15,488 nt of DNA from Azolla caroliniana (GCA_043228905.1 JBHGNT010000799.1:1-15488), one strand, 5' to 3'. Numbered from the stretch's first letter, positions 1-9,781 are shown. The notes: generated by a model not told the origin, from the sequence alone. Translations and numbers: made by a program.

Positions 1-31
1 CGCACACGTCCATTCGTGTTCATTTCTCAGT

Positions 32-125
32 GAGATATTCAATCTCGGAAATTGTATAAATATTTGTAGAATCGTTGGTCCCTTTCAAGGGATTTAACAC
101 CAGTGATTGACATATCAATCTAGTA
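32..125 (+). repeat. internal copy of LTR core-promoter segment (matches 1443-1535)
   Basis: GAGATATTCAATCTC(G/A)GAAATTGTATAAA...CCTTTCAAGGGATT(T/C)AACACCAGT(G/C)ATTGACA(T/C)ATCAATCTAGTA aligns by eye to 1443-1535. Confidence 0.9.
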
Positions 126-129
126 GTCT

Positions 130-1072
130 GTGAGGGCCGCATGGTCGCTCACACCCGTTCCTGTTTAATTCTCGATGAGGGCTGCATGGTCGCACACGTC
201 CATTCGTGTTCATTTCTCAGTGAGATATTCAATCTCGGAAATTGTATAAATATTTGTAGAATCGTTGGTCCCTTTCAAGGGATTTAACACCAGTGATTGA
301 CATATGAATCTAGTAGTCTGTGAGGGCCGCATGGTCGCTCACACCCGTTCGTGTTTAATTCTCGATGAGGGTTGCATGGTCGCACACGTCCATTCGTGTT
401 CATTTCTCAGTGAGCGCCACATGGTCGCTCACGTCAGTTCGTGTTCCAATTCTCGGTGAGGACCGCATGGTTGCTCACGCCCGTTCGTGTTTTCGATGAG
501 GACTGCACATGGCCACTCACGTTCCAGTTCCCGATTAGGGCCACACATGGTCGCTCACGTCCGTTCATGTTCTAGTTCTTGGTGAGGACCGTATGGTCTC
601 TCACGTCTGTTCGTGTTAAGTTCTTGGTGAGGGCCGCATGGTCACTCATGCCTGTTCGTGTTCGTGTTCCAACTCTCGGCGAGGACCGACATGGTCTCTC
701 GTGCCCGTTGGTGTTCATGTTCCTTGTGAGGACCGCACATGGTCGCTCACTCCAATTATTGTTCGTGTTCAAGATCCCAACGAGGACCGACATGGTTGAT
801 GATGCCTGGTGTTGTTCATGTTCCAATTTCCGGTGAGGACCACACATCATCACTCATGCCCGTTGGTGGTCGTGTTCCAACTCTCGGCAAGGACCGACAT
901 GGTCTCTCATGCATGTTCATGTTCGTGTTCCCTGTGTGAACCACACATGGTCACTCACCTGTTGGTATTTGTGTTCGAATTCCCGACGAGGACCAGACAC
1001 CAGACATGGTTGCTCATGGTCGTTGGTGTTCGTGCTCCCTTTGACTGCACATGGTCGCTCATGCCTATTGTT
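130..1072 (+). repeat. degenerate tandem array, ~18 units of ~40-55 bp, with hairpin core GTGAGGACCGCATGGTCGCTCAC
   Basis: Core recurs at about 130, 175, 320, 365, 410, 456, 496, 535, 582, 627, 679, 726, 780, 833, 887, 936, 986, 1042, each followed by a GTTCGTGTT-type tail. Confidence 0.92.
222..315 (+). repeat. second internal copy of LTR core-promoter segment (matches 1443-1535)
   Basis: Same as 32-125, carried by the 190-bp duplication. Confidence 0.9.
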
Positions 1073-1211
1073 GTTCAATACCTCGTCTTTTGGAAGAGTT
1101 ACTCCTTGTCTAGGATTTACAAAATACTTTGGAGGTGGTCTAAGATTTTCACCAAAAGTATCCCCTTAAGCCAATGCTTGGTTTGGGAAGGTGGCATAAG
1201 AGGGGGAATAA
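1073..1211 (+). pseudogene. chromodomain remnant (C-terminus of chromovirus integrase)
   Basis: 1073-1103 reads VQYLVFWKSY. After a deletion/frameshift, 1114-1173 reads DLQNTLEVV*DFHQKYPLKP. These match YYLVDWLGY and HLANASDMVVAFHNQYPHKP of the pol at 11890-15488. Confidence 0.8.
1198..1208 (+). other. polypurine tract (gypsy)
   Basis: AAGAGGGGGAA, 3 nt before the LTR start TGTCACA. Confidence 0.8.
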
Positions 1212-1671
1212 TGTCACATTCTAGACTCGAACCTCTGACTTTTAACACACACAATACATTGTGTTGTGTTAACCATATGGAAACTTTTATGAACTGTCCA
1301 CATTTGATTGTGAACTTATATATTGTGGAGTTTAGTGTATCTAGTACATTTGAGAATATTCTAGTTGTTAGTATATTCTAGAATTATTTTGTGGTATATT
1401 CTAAACGAGTATATTCTCTAGATATTTGTTGAGTATATTTTGGAGATATTCAATCTCAGAAATTGTATAAAACTTGTAACATCCTTGGTTCCTTTCAAGG
1501 GATTCAACACCAGTCATTGACACATCAATCTAGTATTCTTGTTCCATTCCATCTTGACATCTTGTTCTTCATCTCTATGTTCCTTCTTTTATGTTATTCG
1601 CAGGTTCTTAAGTTCCTTGTAGGCTTGTCATCCATGATTCATTCGTGTCCACGGTTGGTGTGTGTGTGACA
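1212..1671 (+). repeat. 3' LTR (460 bp) of gypsy element
   Basis: Follows PPT; perfect 7-bp terminal inverted repeat TGTCACA (1212-1218) / TGTGACA (1665-1671); TATA-like TATAAAA at 1466-1472; copia coding sequence resumes right after. Confidence 0.88.
1223..1284 (-). promoter_or_regulatory. tRNA-like A-box/B-box module, antisense in LTR U3
   Basis: Minus strand reads TTTCCATATGGTTAACAC...AGAGGTTCGAGTCT; B-box-like GGTTCGAGTC at 1224-1233, D-loop-like TGGTTAA at 1269-1275. Confidence 0.45.
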
Positions 1672-2212
1672 CAAGCAACTGTTGCAGTCTGCAAGTTGAA
1701 GTTCCCACTCGGATTCCAATCTATTGTGACAACTTTAGTAGCATGCAGTTAGGCAAGAAGCCCATATTCCATGCTCACACAAAGCACATAGAAGTGCATT
1801 ATCCCTTTGTGCACGAGCGATTCTACAGTGGTGAAGTCGAACTTCGGTATATTCAAACCAATCGGTGGCTGCCCACATTTTTACGAAGGCTCTCGAACTA
1901 GACAAGTTGGAGCACTTTTCGGAGATGCTTGGGCTACAACATCTCGACATGCCGCACTTGAGGGGGAGAATAAGTGGGGTAGTTGAAACACGTGGGACAG
2001 CTGGAGAGGAGAACAATGATAACGAGCCGAAAAAAGCGCCATTTGAAGGCAAGAAGAGAGCCGAAGAAGAGGTCGAATCAACTGAGGAAGTGGAAACATC
2101 CGATAGAGAGGAGGTGGCAGATTCAAGAAGGTCAGGACAAGGACATGGGCAAATGTGGTCAAAGACCAGAAGGAAGGTGAATCAAAGACAATACAAGACA
2201 GAAGACAAATAA
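1672..2212 (+). pseudogene. Ty1/copia pol RNase H C-terminal remnant with charged read-through tail
   Basis: KQLLQ / LQVEVPTRIPIYCDNFSSMQLGKKPIFHAHTKHIEVHYPFVHE...ELRYIQTN / AAHIFTKALELDKLEHFSEMLGL...LRG; typical copia IYCDN, TKHI and ADIFTK motifs, with two frameshifts. Confidence 0.9.
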
Positions 2213-2540
2213 GAGAAAGTTGATTCGGTCAAGGAGTCTAATTCGGGAGAGTTGAATCATATGAAGGTCAAGCGGACGAGAGGGCAAGTGAAGCCGAAAC
2301 CAAAATGAAGGAGTAGACGGGTTGAGGGGTGCCAATGCCACGATAGCGAGGGAGCTTAGAAGGGCATGACGAGTGGACAAGTCAACCATAAGGGTCAAGG
2401 TATGCAGAACTAGACGAGTCAAGGTGCATCGGACCTGACGAGTTGTGGGACGTGGAGCGTGAACCAGACGAGGGGATGCCAAGAGGAGTCGATTGCAAGG
2501 ACCAACTACATCTAACACGACGGACCGACCCCAAGTTGAG

Positions 2541-2552
2541 CTTGAGGGGGAG
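2541..2552 (+). other. polypurine tract (copia)
   Basis: CTTGAGGGGGAG immediately before TGTTGAGA. Confidence 0.8.
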
Positions 2553-3120
2553 TGTTGAGAGAGCAAGCTCAATATGGGCCGAACCAACTGGACAAGCAGG
2601 TAGGCCAGATCGGAATCGATCTGGTTGGCTAGGCCTACTTAGGCTGATAAGCCTAAGCTCCGGATTGGGTTCTGAACCAGATGCCGGATCGGCTGAAGAA
2701 GCCAGATACCGAGCCCCGGATGACGGATCTAGTTGACAAATATGGACCAGATGATGAGGCGGCTGCAGAAGCAGTCCGAAACGTCACACGTGCCAAGTAG
2801 ACCTATTTTATTAAATAGGTCCAACTTACGCAATCAATGTTAGATGCTCTTTTAAGAGCATTGAAGTGCATGTCAGTACTTCTTAATGGCCCTAACAGAA
2901 GAGCTTGTATATAAAAAGTGCATGTAAGCACTATGTAACTCACTAAGTATTTTTTGAGTATCTTGAGAAAAGTTTTTTGTTGTTGTGTACTCCACTCAGA
3001 CTCACACACACTCTCTCTTACCTGTACTCTGCATTTACCTAATTGTTGGATCTCCGGATAACTATCTGACTGTCTGTGTCTTCTATACACGCTTCCACAC
3101 GTACATTTTATAGGTGTTCA
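2553..3120 (+). repeat. 3' LTR of copia element (right end uncertain)
   Basis: Starts TGTTG after PPT; GC-rich U3-like part, TATATAAA at 2908-2915, then CT/CA-rich R/U5-like sequence; no clean CAACA terminus found. Confidence 0.6.
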
Positions 3121-3283
3121 TAAAAACCTTGAAATACTATAATAATGGAGAAATCAAAATCTTGCATAAGGTTAGTCGAATGGCCTTTACGAAGTTACGC
3201 ATGTATGTATGCTACTTAAGTGAGACCACCAAGGACTTGGACCATGGAGGACATAAGGACTAGGAAAGTGCAGGCATTAGGTG

Positions 3284-3380
3284 ACTCAAAGGCTCTCCAG
3301 AATCAAAGGTTCCTCAGTGTCGAAGGCTCTTCAAATTAGAAGGCTCTTTAGAGTCGAAACCTCGTCAAAGTTGAAGGCTA
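3284..3380 (+). repeat. degenerate 17-bp tandem repeat, ~5.7 copies (approx. AGTCGAAGGCTCTTCAG)
   Basis: Units start at 3284, 3301, 3318, 3335, 3352, 3369. Confidence 0.8.
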
Positions 3381-5424
3381 GTAAGAATAAAAGGAAACAA
3401 CAATCCGAACAACAATTAATGTGTGAGGTTAAGAACGAAACACACGATTAACTCAAAGAATATGAGATTATGAAGGGGTTACAAAATTTTACGTCCAAGA
3501 TAGCCACTTTGTAGGCGGAAAACGAGCCTAGATTGCAAAAGGAATTCCCTTTATAAAATAGGGTTTATAATATTTTTGAATAAAGGATTACAACGGCAAT
3601 ATTTTCCAAATTTAAAACAAGAACGAAGAACACTAAGTGGGTGCACTCTTCCGTCCAGGTGTATTGCTTTAGTAAGGTGTAGAGTGTTCTTGCCTTATCT
3701 ACGATTGTAGGACCCATCATAACGTTTGTTCTTGGGGTTTAGTATATACAATGTTCCTTGTGGAACACCCTTTCTTCATCCAACTCTTTGTCTTGCTTGT
3801 CTCTGCCCTTAGTCCTTTACCATTTATTCCCTTCGTCTATTCCCACATCTTCTTCATCCTTCTCTTGGGTCATAACGTAGTATGGCCCGGAAGCTTCAAT
3901 GATGATCTTCTACCCGACCGTCAACAAATGTCACCGTTTGTTGCCATCTCATCCATGCATCTCTCACCCCTTGCAGGCAAAAAGCTTACATATATTACAA
4001 CTATAATAGTTGTAAAATACTAGTGGTACCCTCCAAGCCCAAGATTATCTCCTTTTATAACTGTGCTAGAAGGTTCACTTTGGTGTGGCCAATTTCCACT
4101 ATCGTAGAAGTCATCGTTTCTTAGTGGCTAAGGATAGATAGATTTTGTTATTGTTGTGTTCAACATCAAATTCTCAAATGATGCTCTTCATTAGGGTGCA
4201 CCACTTCACAATTTTAATATCACTAGTACGAAAGGTCTTTGTCAAGCATCTAACTTCTAACGTCAAGGGTAAAAACATCAAAAACTCATCTAGGCTTATT
4301 AAACATGAATTAATCTAAGAGCTTATAAGTTAAGGAGCTAATGAAGTTATAGAATATTAGGTAAATCATTCTAATTTTCACAATATTGAGCTTATTTTAC
4401 ATGAATATTTCTTTTTGTAATTCTATATTGTATTGTAAACTTTGGTGAACCTTCAAAATCTTAATTATAGTAATTCCTGGGAAATTCTAAACTCCATTAG
4501 AAATTTGTGTAGTTGACAAAAATAGCTCCTTGCATGTAACATTCATGTGAAGGGACTAAGTAACTTCTTTGAATGAAACTCATCATGTACCCAATGTGTG
4601 GACACCTTTCCAAATAATATGTATGCCATACATTGATAATAAAGTAGATACATTCGTTCACGTTTAATGATTTCACTTATGAGATTAATTGGTTGCTCAT
4701 TTCACTTGTTTGAGATATATGAACTCATTTGCACATCCAATGAAGGTCAAGAACTCAACACATATGTTTAAGAGCGTGATTGAGCATGGGATATTGCTTA
4801 GAGAGACTACAAGAATAATTTAGAGTAAATTACAATCATGAGTTATATCTTTAGTGAAATCTTTAGGTCCATACCAAGGGTATTAGAGTTAGATTTAATG
4901 TTGAGATGTTGGATTACAACAATTTATGAGTTTTGTATTGGTCACTCAATAACAATAAAAAAGGAGACATTAAATCAACTCATATCATTATGTTTTTGAA
5001 TTAGACAAGACACATGGATGATTTGTACGTCTTTGAATAATGATGACATAAAAAACAGTGCAGAACGCCTTTAACTCAACCAAGATCTAAAAAATGAATA
5101 GGGTAAGTAACATGCATAGAAACATAATGATGTGAACAATGTGTAACATGTACGAAACTGTCTATGCTTTTTGTGATCCAATTTAGCATAATTAAGAAAA
5201 AACACATTTGTGCATGCCAAAGATATAAAGCATATATGAACAAAGAGCCAAAAGGACACCAACAAAAATTAGTGAACATGATAACATATGTCTAAATTAT
5301 TGACAACCTCGAATGGTAATGGTCATTTCACAAGTAGAGAATGTCACGCTCAAGAAAACTTTTGAGATTTCGTTGTCTATTAAGTTTATTAAGAAAATGA
5401 AATAAAATATCAACGAATCCTCAC

Positions 5425-5444
5425 ATATATATATATATATATAT
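5425..5444. repeat. (AT)10 microsatellite
   Basis: Seen directly. Confidence 0.95.
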
Positions 5445-6613
5445 GCACAGTACACATAACAGGCATTGGGCTCATGCATGACTTGGGTGGGAAAGGGGTC
5501 CTTTTTCCCTTGAATAATTGGCGGATGTGCATTTATTGATTTTCCACTAAGATGATGATGGTTAAGTGGGGTTAGGGGTCCAACGTTTAGTAAAGTATGC
5601 CTTTATATACCAAAACATTAGTTGGACATTTTCAAATATAAAGAAACAAAATCCAATAATATCTCTAACTTCATATTATAAGCTAAATATATTTCCCATG
5701 ATTTCACATTATTAACACATGAAGTTAGAACTTTGTTGATTAGTAGAGAAACATTTTCTCAAATAACAATGTTAAGGGTATCCTTTCCAATTCTACATGC
5801 ATATTTCCCGATATTTCTTGAATAGTGGAGTTGGAGCATAGTTTCTAAACTCTATATACACGTTTTCCAAAGTTAAGAGAATTCACAGCTGGAATCATTA
5901 TTGGAAGCTCTTCATGGTCAACAAAATTACCGTCTTGAACCACCCCCACTCTAAAGTAAGGTAAGGACTTAGGAGTGAGGTGAACTAAGTGGATGAGTGG
6001 CAACTAGTCCAAACTTCGAAGTTCACATTTCAAAAAACAAACGTACATAAAGTGGGAGATATTTTTAGAAGAGAGAACCTGGGTTCTTTTTATTCTATTG
6101 TGTTAGATTTTCTATAGTCTATATACTAGCAAGATGATATGAGTACGAGGACATGGATCCACACGAGCAACCTTTTTTATCATTTTTTTTCGACTCAATC
6201 ACGCGCGTGTGAGTATAAATCTAGACTGATATTGCCTAGACAAGGGCCCACCCTTGAGGGAGACATCATCCATTAGTTTTACTTCACAAATATACCGCCT
6301 TAAAAAGTAGTTATTTCTTAGCTTCATTAAGACTTCTACACCTTTTGAAATTGGACGTTTGAAAGTTTGAGTGAATGAGAAAAAGAAGATAAAGACAAGG
6401 AGCACGTACAGTTAGACAACACCCACTTACACCCACTTGACCTCACATTGTTTATCTCAATTTGACTAGATTCTTAATAACTACTGCAAGGTACAAGTGC
6501 TTCAAATATTACCAACCCAATTGTGGTATTCCACATATTTTTATGTAGGCCAACAATAAAGGTTACAAATATGTGTTTTGTTTAAACAAATAATAAAACC
6601 CTTAGAAAATTAC

Positions 6614-6697
6614 TCGAACTCTAGAAAACATTATTAAGGCTCAACATGTTAATCGAGCTCTAGAAAACATGTTTCTTATTATAGCTAAACATGTTAA
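6614..6697 (+). repeat. imperfect ~40-bp tandem duplication
   Basis: TCGA(A/G)CTCTAGAAAACAT...AACATGTTAA at 6614 and 6653. Confidence 0.7.
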
Positions 6698-7162
6698 ACT
6701 TTACGTGTGAGAATGATAATAACGTCTCAATCTCCCTATTGTTCTTTTCATTTTAGAAAACCTAATAATGAGTTTAGTCTTCGTTCGACAACTTAGGCAT
6801 GATGGCCATGACCATATGGTCTCTCTCTTTGTCTCTCTAGGAATTAAATTCTCCACATCCTATCTAGTCATCACCATAGGATGTAGGTACCAAAAACCAA
6901 TAATAACAAAATTCTCTCATGTAACTATGTGTTGATGAAGGTTGATGACATGAATGATGAGAGCATGCCTTTTTTATTAATTAAGTTAATCCCATCTTAG
7001 GAAGGCTTCACATACAATATGATATGTTTATTGGTCTTATAAGTCAAAATTGTCCTCTTCATGGATGACACAAATACTATTATGTTTTGTTCTATTTTTT
7101 TTGTAAATAGGAATGTATTAATTAAGGAAGTTGAATTACAATTGTTGAAATATGATATCCTA

Positions 7163-7480
7163 TGTTACTGTGCGAGATGTACGGAGAGTTGATTGTAATG
7201 AGTGAGGGTGAAGAGACTTAATGTTGTTGTATGTATGTGTAATGTATACAATTATGAGTGTGAATGTAAGTGTGAGTGTGAGTGGACAGATAAGAAGAGG
7301 TGTCAGTGAGTTGTCACATGAGTGATTAATGTGAATGGCCAAGGGGGCTTGTAACTATTTAACCCCGTTATGGGGAATGAATGAAAAATGAATAAGTTCT
7401 CTCTTAATCTCTCTCTCTCTCTTTGACACCTTTTCTCTTCTCTCCCCCTCTCTCACATTGAACCCCCTTGGGAAGGGGGT
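7163..7480 (+). repeat. possible truncated or solo LTR fragment
   Basis: Begins TGTTAC; TG-rich block, TATTTAA near 7356, then a CT-rich tract, an LTR-like compositional order. No matching GTAACA end or TSD found. Confidence 0.3.
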
Positions 7481-7734
7481 GGAGCCATTCTAGGCACCAC
7501 CCCCCACCTCGCATTGCTTACCAATCATGCTATCAACCCCGCAATGATCAACATTTCTATCGCTCTCAATCCCACAAATCATCATCTTCTTCTTCATCAT
7601 CATTACAATCACCATTTTCCATTTTCATGTTCATTATCATCATCATCGCTAACTCTATTCATATCTTTATCACCATTATCACCTTTTGGGTGACCACAAT
7701 GGTGAATCCCCTTTAGAGACGAAGTTGATGCATA

Positions 7735-8075
7735 TATGTGATGGAAATGTGCGTGAAATGGCGATGATAATGTGCGAGAGATGGCGGAAATGTGCAAGAA
7801 ATAGCGACAACGTTTGTGCGAGACAAGTGATCTAAATGGTGACGACGATGTATGAGAAATGGTGGTGATGACGTGCAAGAGAGTGGGGAATCATGACGAT
7901 GTTTGGAAGATGTCAATGAATGCTATGAGGTGATGATGTGGGAGAAGAAGTTGAAGAATGATATGTGGTGACAACAATGTGCAGGAAACAATGAGGATGT
8001 GCAAGAAGAGGCCAAAAAATTATCCATGGTAATGACGATGTACAAGAGATGTGCGAGAAATGAGGAAATGGCGGA
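7735..8075 (+). repeat. degenerate ~20-25-bp repeat (GATGTGCGAGAAATGGCG-like) inside CAT/GAT low-complexity region
   Basis: Repeated ATGTGC(G/A)AGA(A/G)ATGG motifs, flanked by CAT-rich tracts at ~7570-7690 and ~8090-8450. Confidence 0.65.
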
Positions 8076-8689
8076 TTGACGATCTCTCCAATCATTATCA
8101 TCATCATTATCATCGTTTTTGGTTTGTGGATGATCACTTCTCTTGTAACCCTAACCCTATTTTCTGTTCCTCTTTTCCTAGCTGTAGTTTCTCCTACACC
8201 CATGGGCCTTATAAGTTTAGCCTAAACTCTTCTTGTACTAACCCTAACAATTATGTGTGTGCCTCTTGCCCTTATATTAACCGTGATACTAACACCCACA
8301 TTAATTGCCCTAATGCATGTGAGCATGATTCAAGCCATGGTGGCACTCATCATAATCATTATTTGTTCATAAACCATGATCAACAGGATGATGCATATGA
8401 AGGAATTAGAATCTGCGGTCATTCGTCATCGTAATCATAATCATTAGGGCCACCATCGCTAAAATCCTCAACAAAAAATAGAAGAAGAAGAAGAAAGAAG
8501 ACCAAAGAAGAACAAGGACGACCAGACAAAAAGACGAAAAGATGAACGGTTGGCCAAAGACAAAAATAGAGACGCCAAATGACTGTCGAAGCAATGGTCG
8601 AACAACCGGCCAGAAAGATGGACAGTGACGAAGATGAAAAAATAGAGAAATCAAAGGAGCAACACATAGTGACGGACAAGTGGCTGGAT

Positions 8690-9191
8690 TGTTGGGAAAA
8701 CAGTCCCTCCATATGGGAATCAGACGAGCTGGATTGGTCGAGCGAGAAGAAGAAACCGAATCGGAAGTGAGGACATATTAGTAAATATGTTTCAATGTGA
8801 TTGTTGAGGTCACATTTGTGAATAGTCCTACAATTATATATGTATAAATATAGCTAGGGAAATACTAAGTTAGTGGTTCTAATTATTTTCTTTTGATATA
8901 CAAAGATAGATAGAGAGAAAGTGAGTGAGATACATAAAGCGTTTCTGTTCTAACTGTTGGTTGGCAAAGACAGAGCTCGAGGTCATGTCTCCGAGTCTCG
9001 CATTCTTGCACCTATCCCCTATAGTGATCCTGTTTGGAGTTGGTGGACTCCCGTGGTTTTGCCTCTCAAGGCTTTCCGCGTAAATATTCGGTGTCATCTC
9101 ATTTTTTATGTAAGTGCATTGTTCCTATTCTCTGAACTTAATCTTCCATTAGTGTTTGAAACTAGGTTGTGGCCGAGTGGGATTCACTTCA
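8690..9191 (+). repeat. LTR of Tnt1-like copia element (left end uncertain)
   Basis: TGTTGGG at 8690, TATAAATA at 8843-8850, ends CA at 9190-9191, 3 nt before a PBS. Termini TGTTG / CTTCA are imperfect. Confidence 0.6.
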
Positions 9192-9194
9192 AAT

Positions 9195-9206
9195 TGGTAT
9201 TAGAGC
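9195..9206 (+). other. primer binding site, initiator tRNA-Met type
   Basis: TGGTATTAGAGC, one mismatch from the canonical plant TGGTATCAGAGC. Confidence 0.85.
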
Positions 9207-9236
9207 AAAGTTCTAAACTTCAAACAAAAGAAGAAA

Positions 9237-9278
9237 ATGGAAGAGTCATTCGGTGGCATGTTCAACCTCACCAACTCC
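9237..9278 (+). pseudogene. first 14 codons of copia gag, interrupted
   Basis: ATG 30 nt after the PBS; MEESFGGMFNLTNS resembles copia gag N-termini leading into the L-x-x-x-NY-x-x-W motif; sequence character changes abruptly at 9279. Confidence 0.6.
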
Positions 9279-9447
9279 CAAGGTTGTTAGGTACGTTAGA
9301 CACGGTATAGATACCATACATATTTAACGTATGAATAACCGTATAGTACCTCCCAATTTAAAAATACATTAAATACTTTTTCGTAATATGTTAAATACTT
9401 ATAAAATACGTAAAATACGTATAGTATGTTAAATACTTCTAGAATTT

Positions 9448-9637
9448 GGCTTCGATAAGAAAATTAGGGTTTCGGCTTCGATAAAAAAAAAAGGGTTTTT
9501 GGCTTTGATAAGAAATTGAGGGTTTTTGGTTTCGATAAGAAAATTAGGGTTTTCGGCTTTGATATGAAAATTAGGGTTTTCGGCTTCGATAAGAAAATTA
9601 GGGTTTTCGGCTTCGATAAGAAAATTAGGCTTTTTGG
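9448..9637 (+). repeat. 27-bp tandem repeat x7 (GGCTTCGATAAGAAAATTAGGGTTTTC)
   Basis: Units start at 9448, 9474, 9501, 9528, 9555, 9582, 9609. Confidence 0.95.
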
Positions 9638-9781
9638 ATTCCTTGAGAGATGGATTCGATAAGATAATTAGGATTCTCCTCTCCCCTCAAGAAATAGATT
9701 TTTCCTTTTTCTCCCCTAAAAAAAATATACTTGCATGAAGGAACTTCAGTTTTTGCCTCTCTAGTTCCATTGCATGTGTCC

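Larger units (their letters stand above)
1..414 (+). repeat. 190-bp near-perfect tandem duplication (2.2 copies visible; may continue upstream)
   Basis: CGCACACGTCCATTCGTGTTCATTTCTCAGTGAG starts at 1, 191 and 381; copies 1-190 and 191-380 differ at only a few bases. Confidence 0.95.
1..1671 (+). mobile_element. 3' part of a decayed, probably non-autonomous Ty3/gypsy chromovirus derivative (5' part outside window)
   Basis: Order: tandem array, chromodomain remnant (1073-1211), PPT AAGAGGGGGAA, LTR TGTCACA...TGTGACA. The PPT/LTR junction GGGGGAATAA-TGTCA parallels GGGGGGATAA-TGTCA of the intact chromovirus at 11897. Confidence 0.8.

Noticed and set aside
130-1072. CRISPR-like array (palindromic repeat with variable intervening sequence)
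   Set aside because: Intervening segments are homologous to each other, the repeats are degenerate, there are no cas genes, and the context is a eukaryotic retrotransposon.
572-1381. Overlapping ORFs of 66-190 aa on both strands
   Set aside because: By-products of the stop-poor tandem array; only the short chromodomain fragment near 1073-1173 is recognisable.
3120-3131. AAAAACCTTG as partner TIR of CAAGGTTG at 9279
   Set aside because: Only a 7-bp match and in the wrong order to enclose one element.
3600-4250. Possible decayed coding sequence on the minus strand and the 90-aa hydrophobic ORF 3751-4023
   Set aside because: Multiple stops and no motif I can recognise; the + strand ORF reflects CT-rich composition.
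4250-7160. AT-rich region with short ORFs (5071-5479, 6199-6405)
   Set aside because: No recognisable protein motifs, termini or splice-supported gene structure.
8147-8247. Telomere-like AACCCTAACCCTA
   Set aside because: Only two or three scattered units; not an interstitial telomere array.
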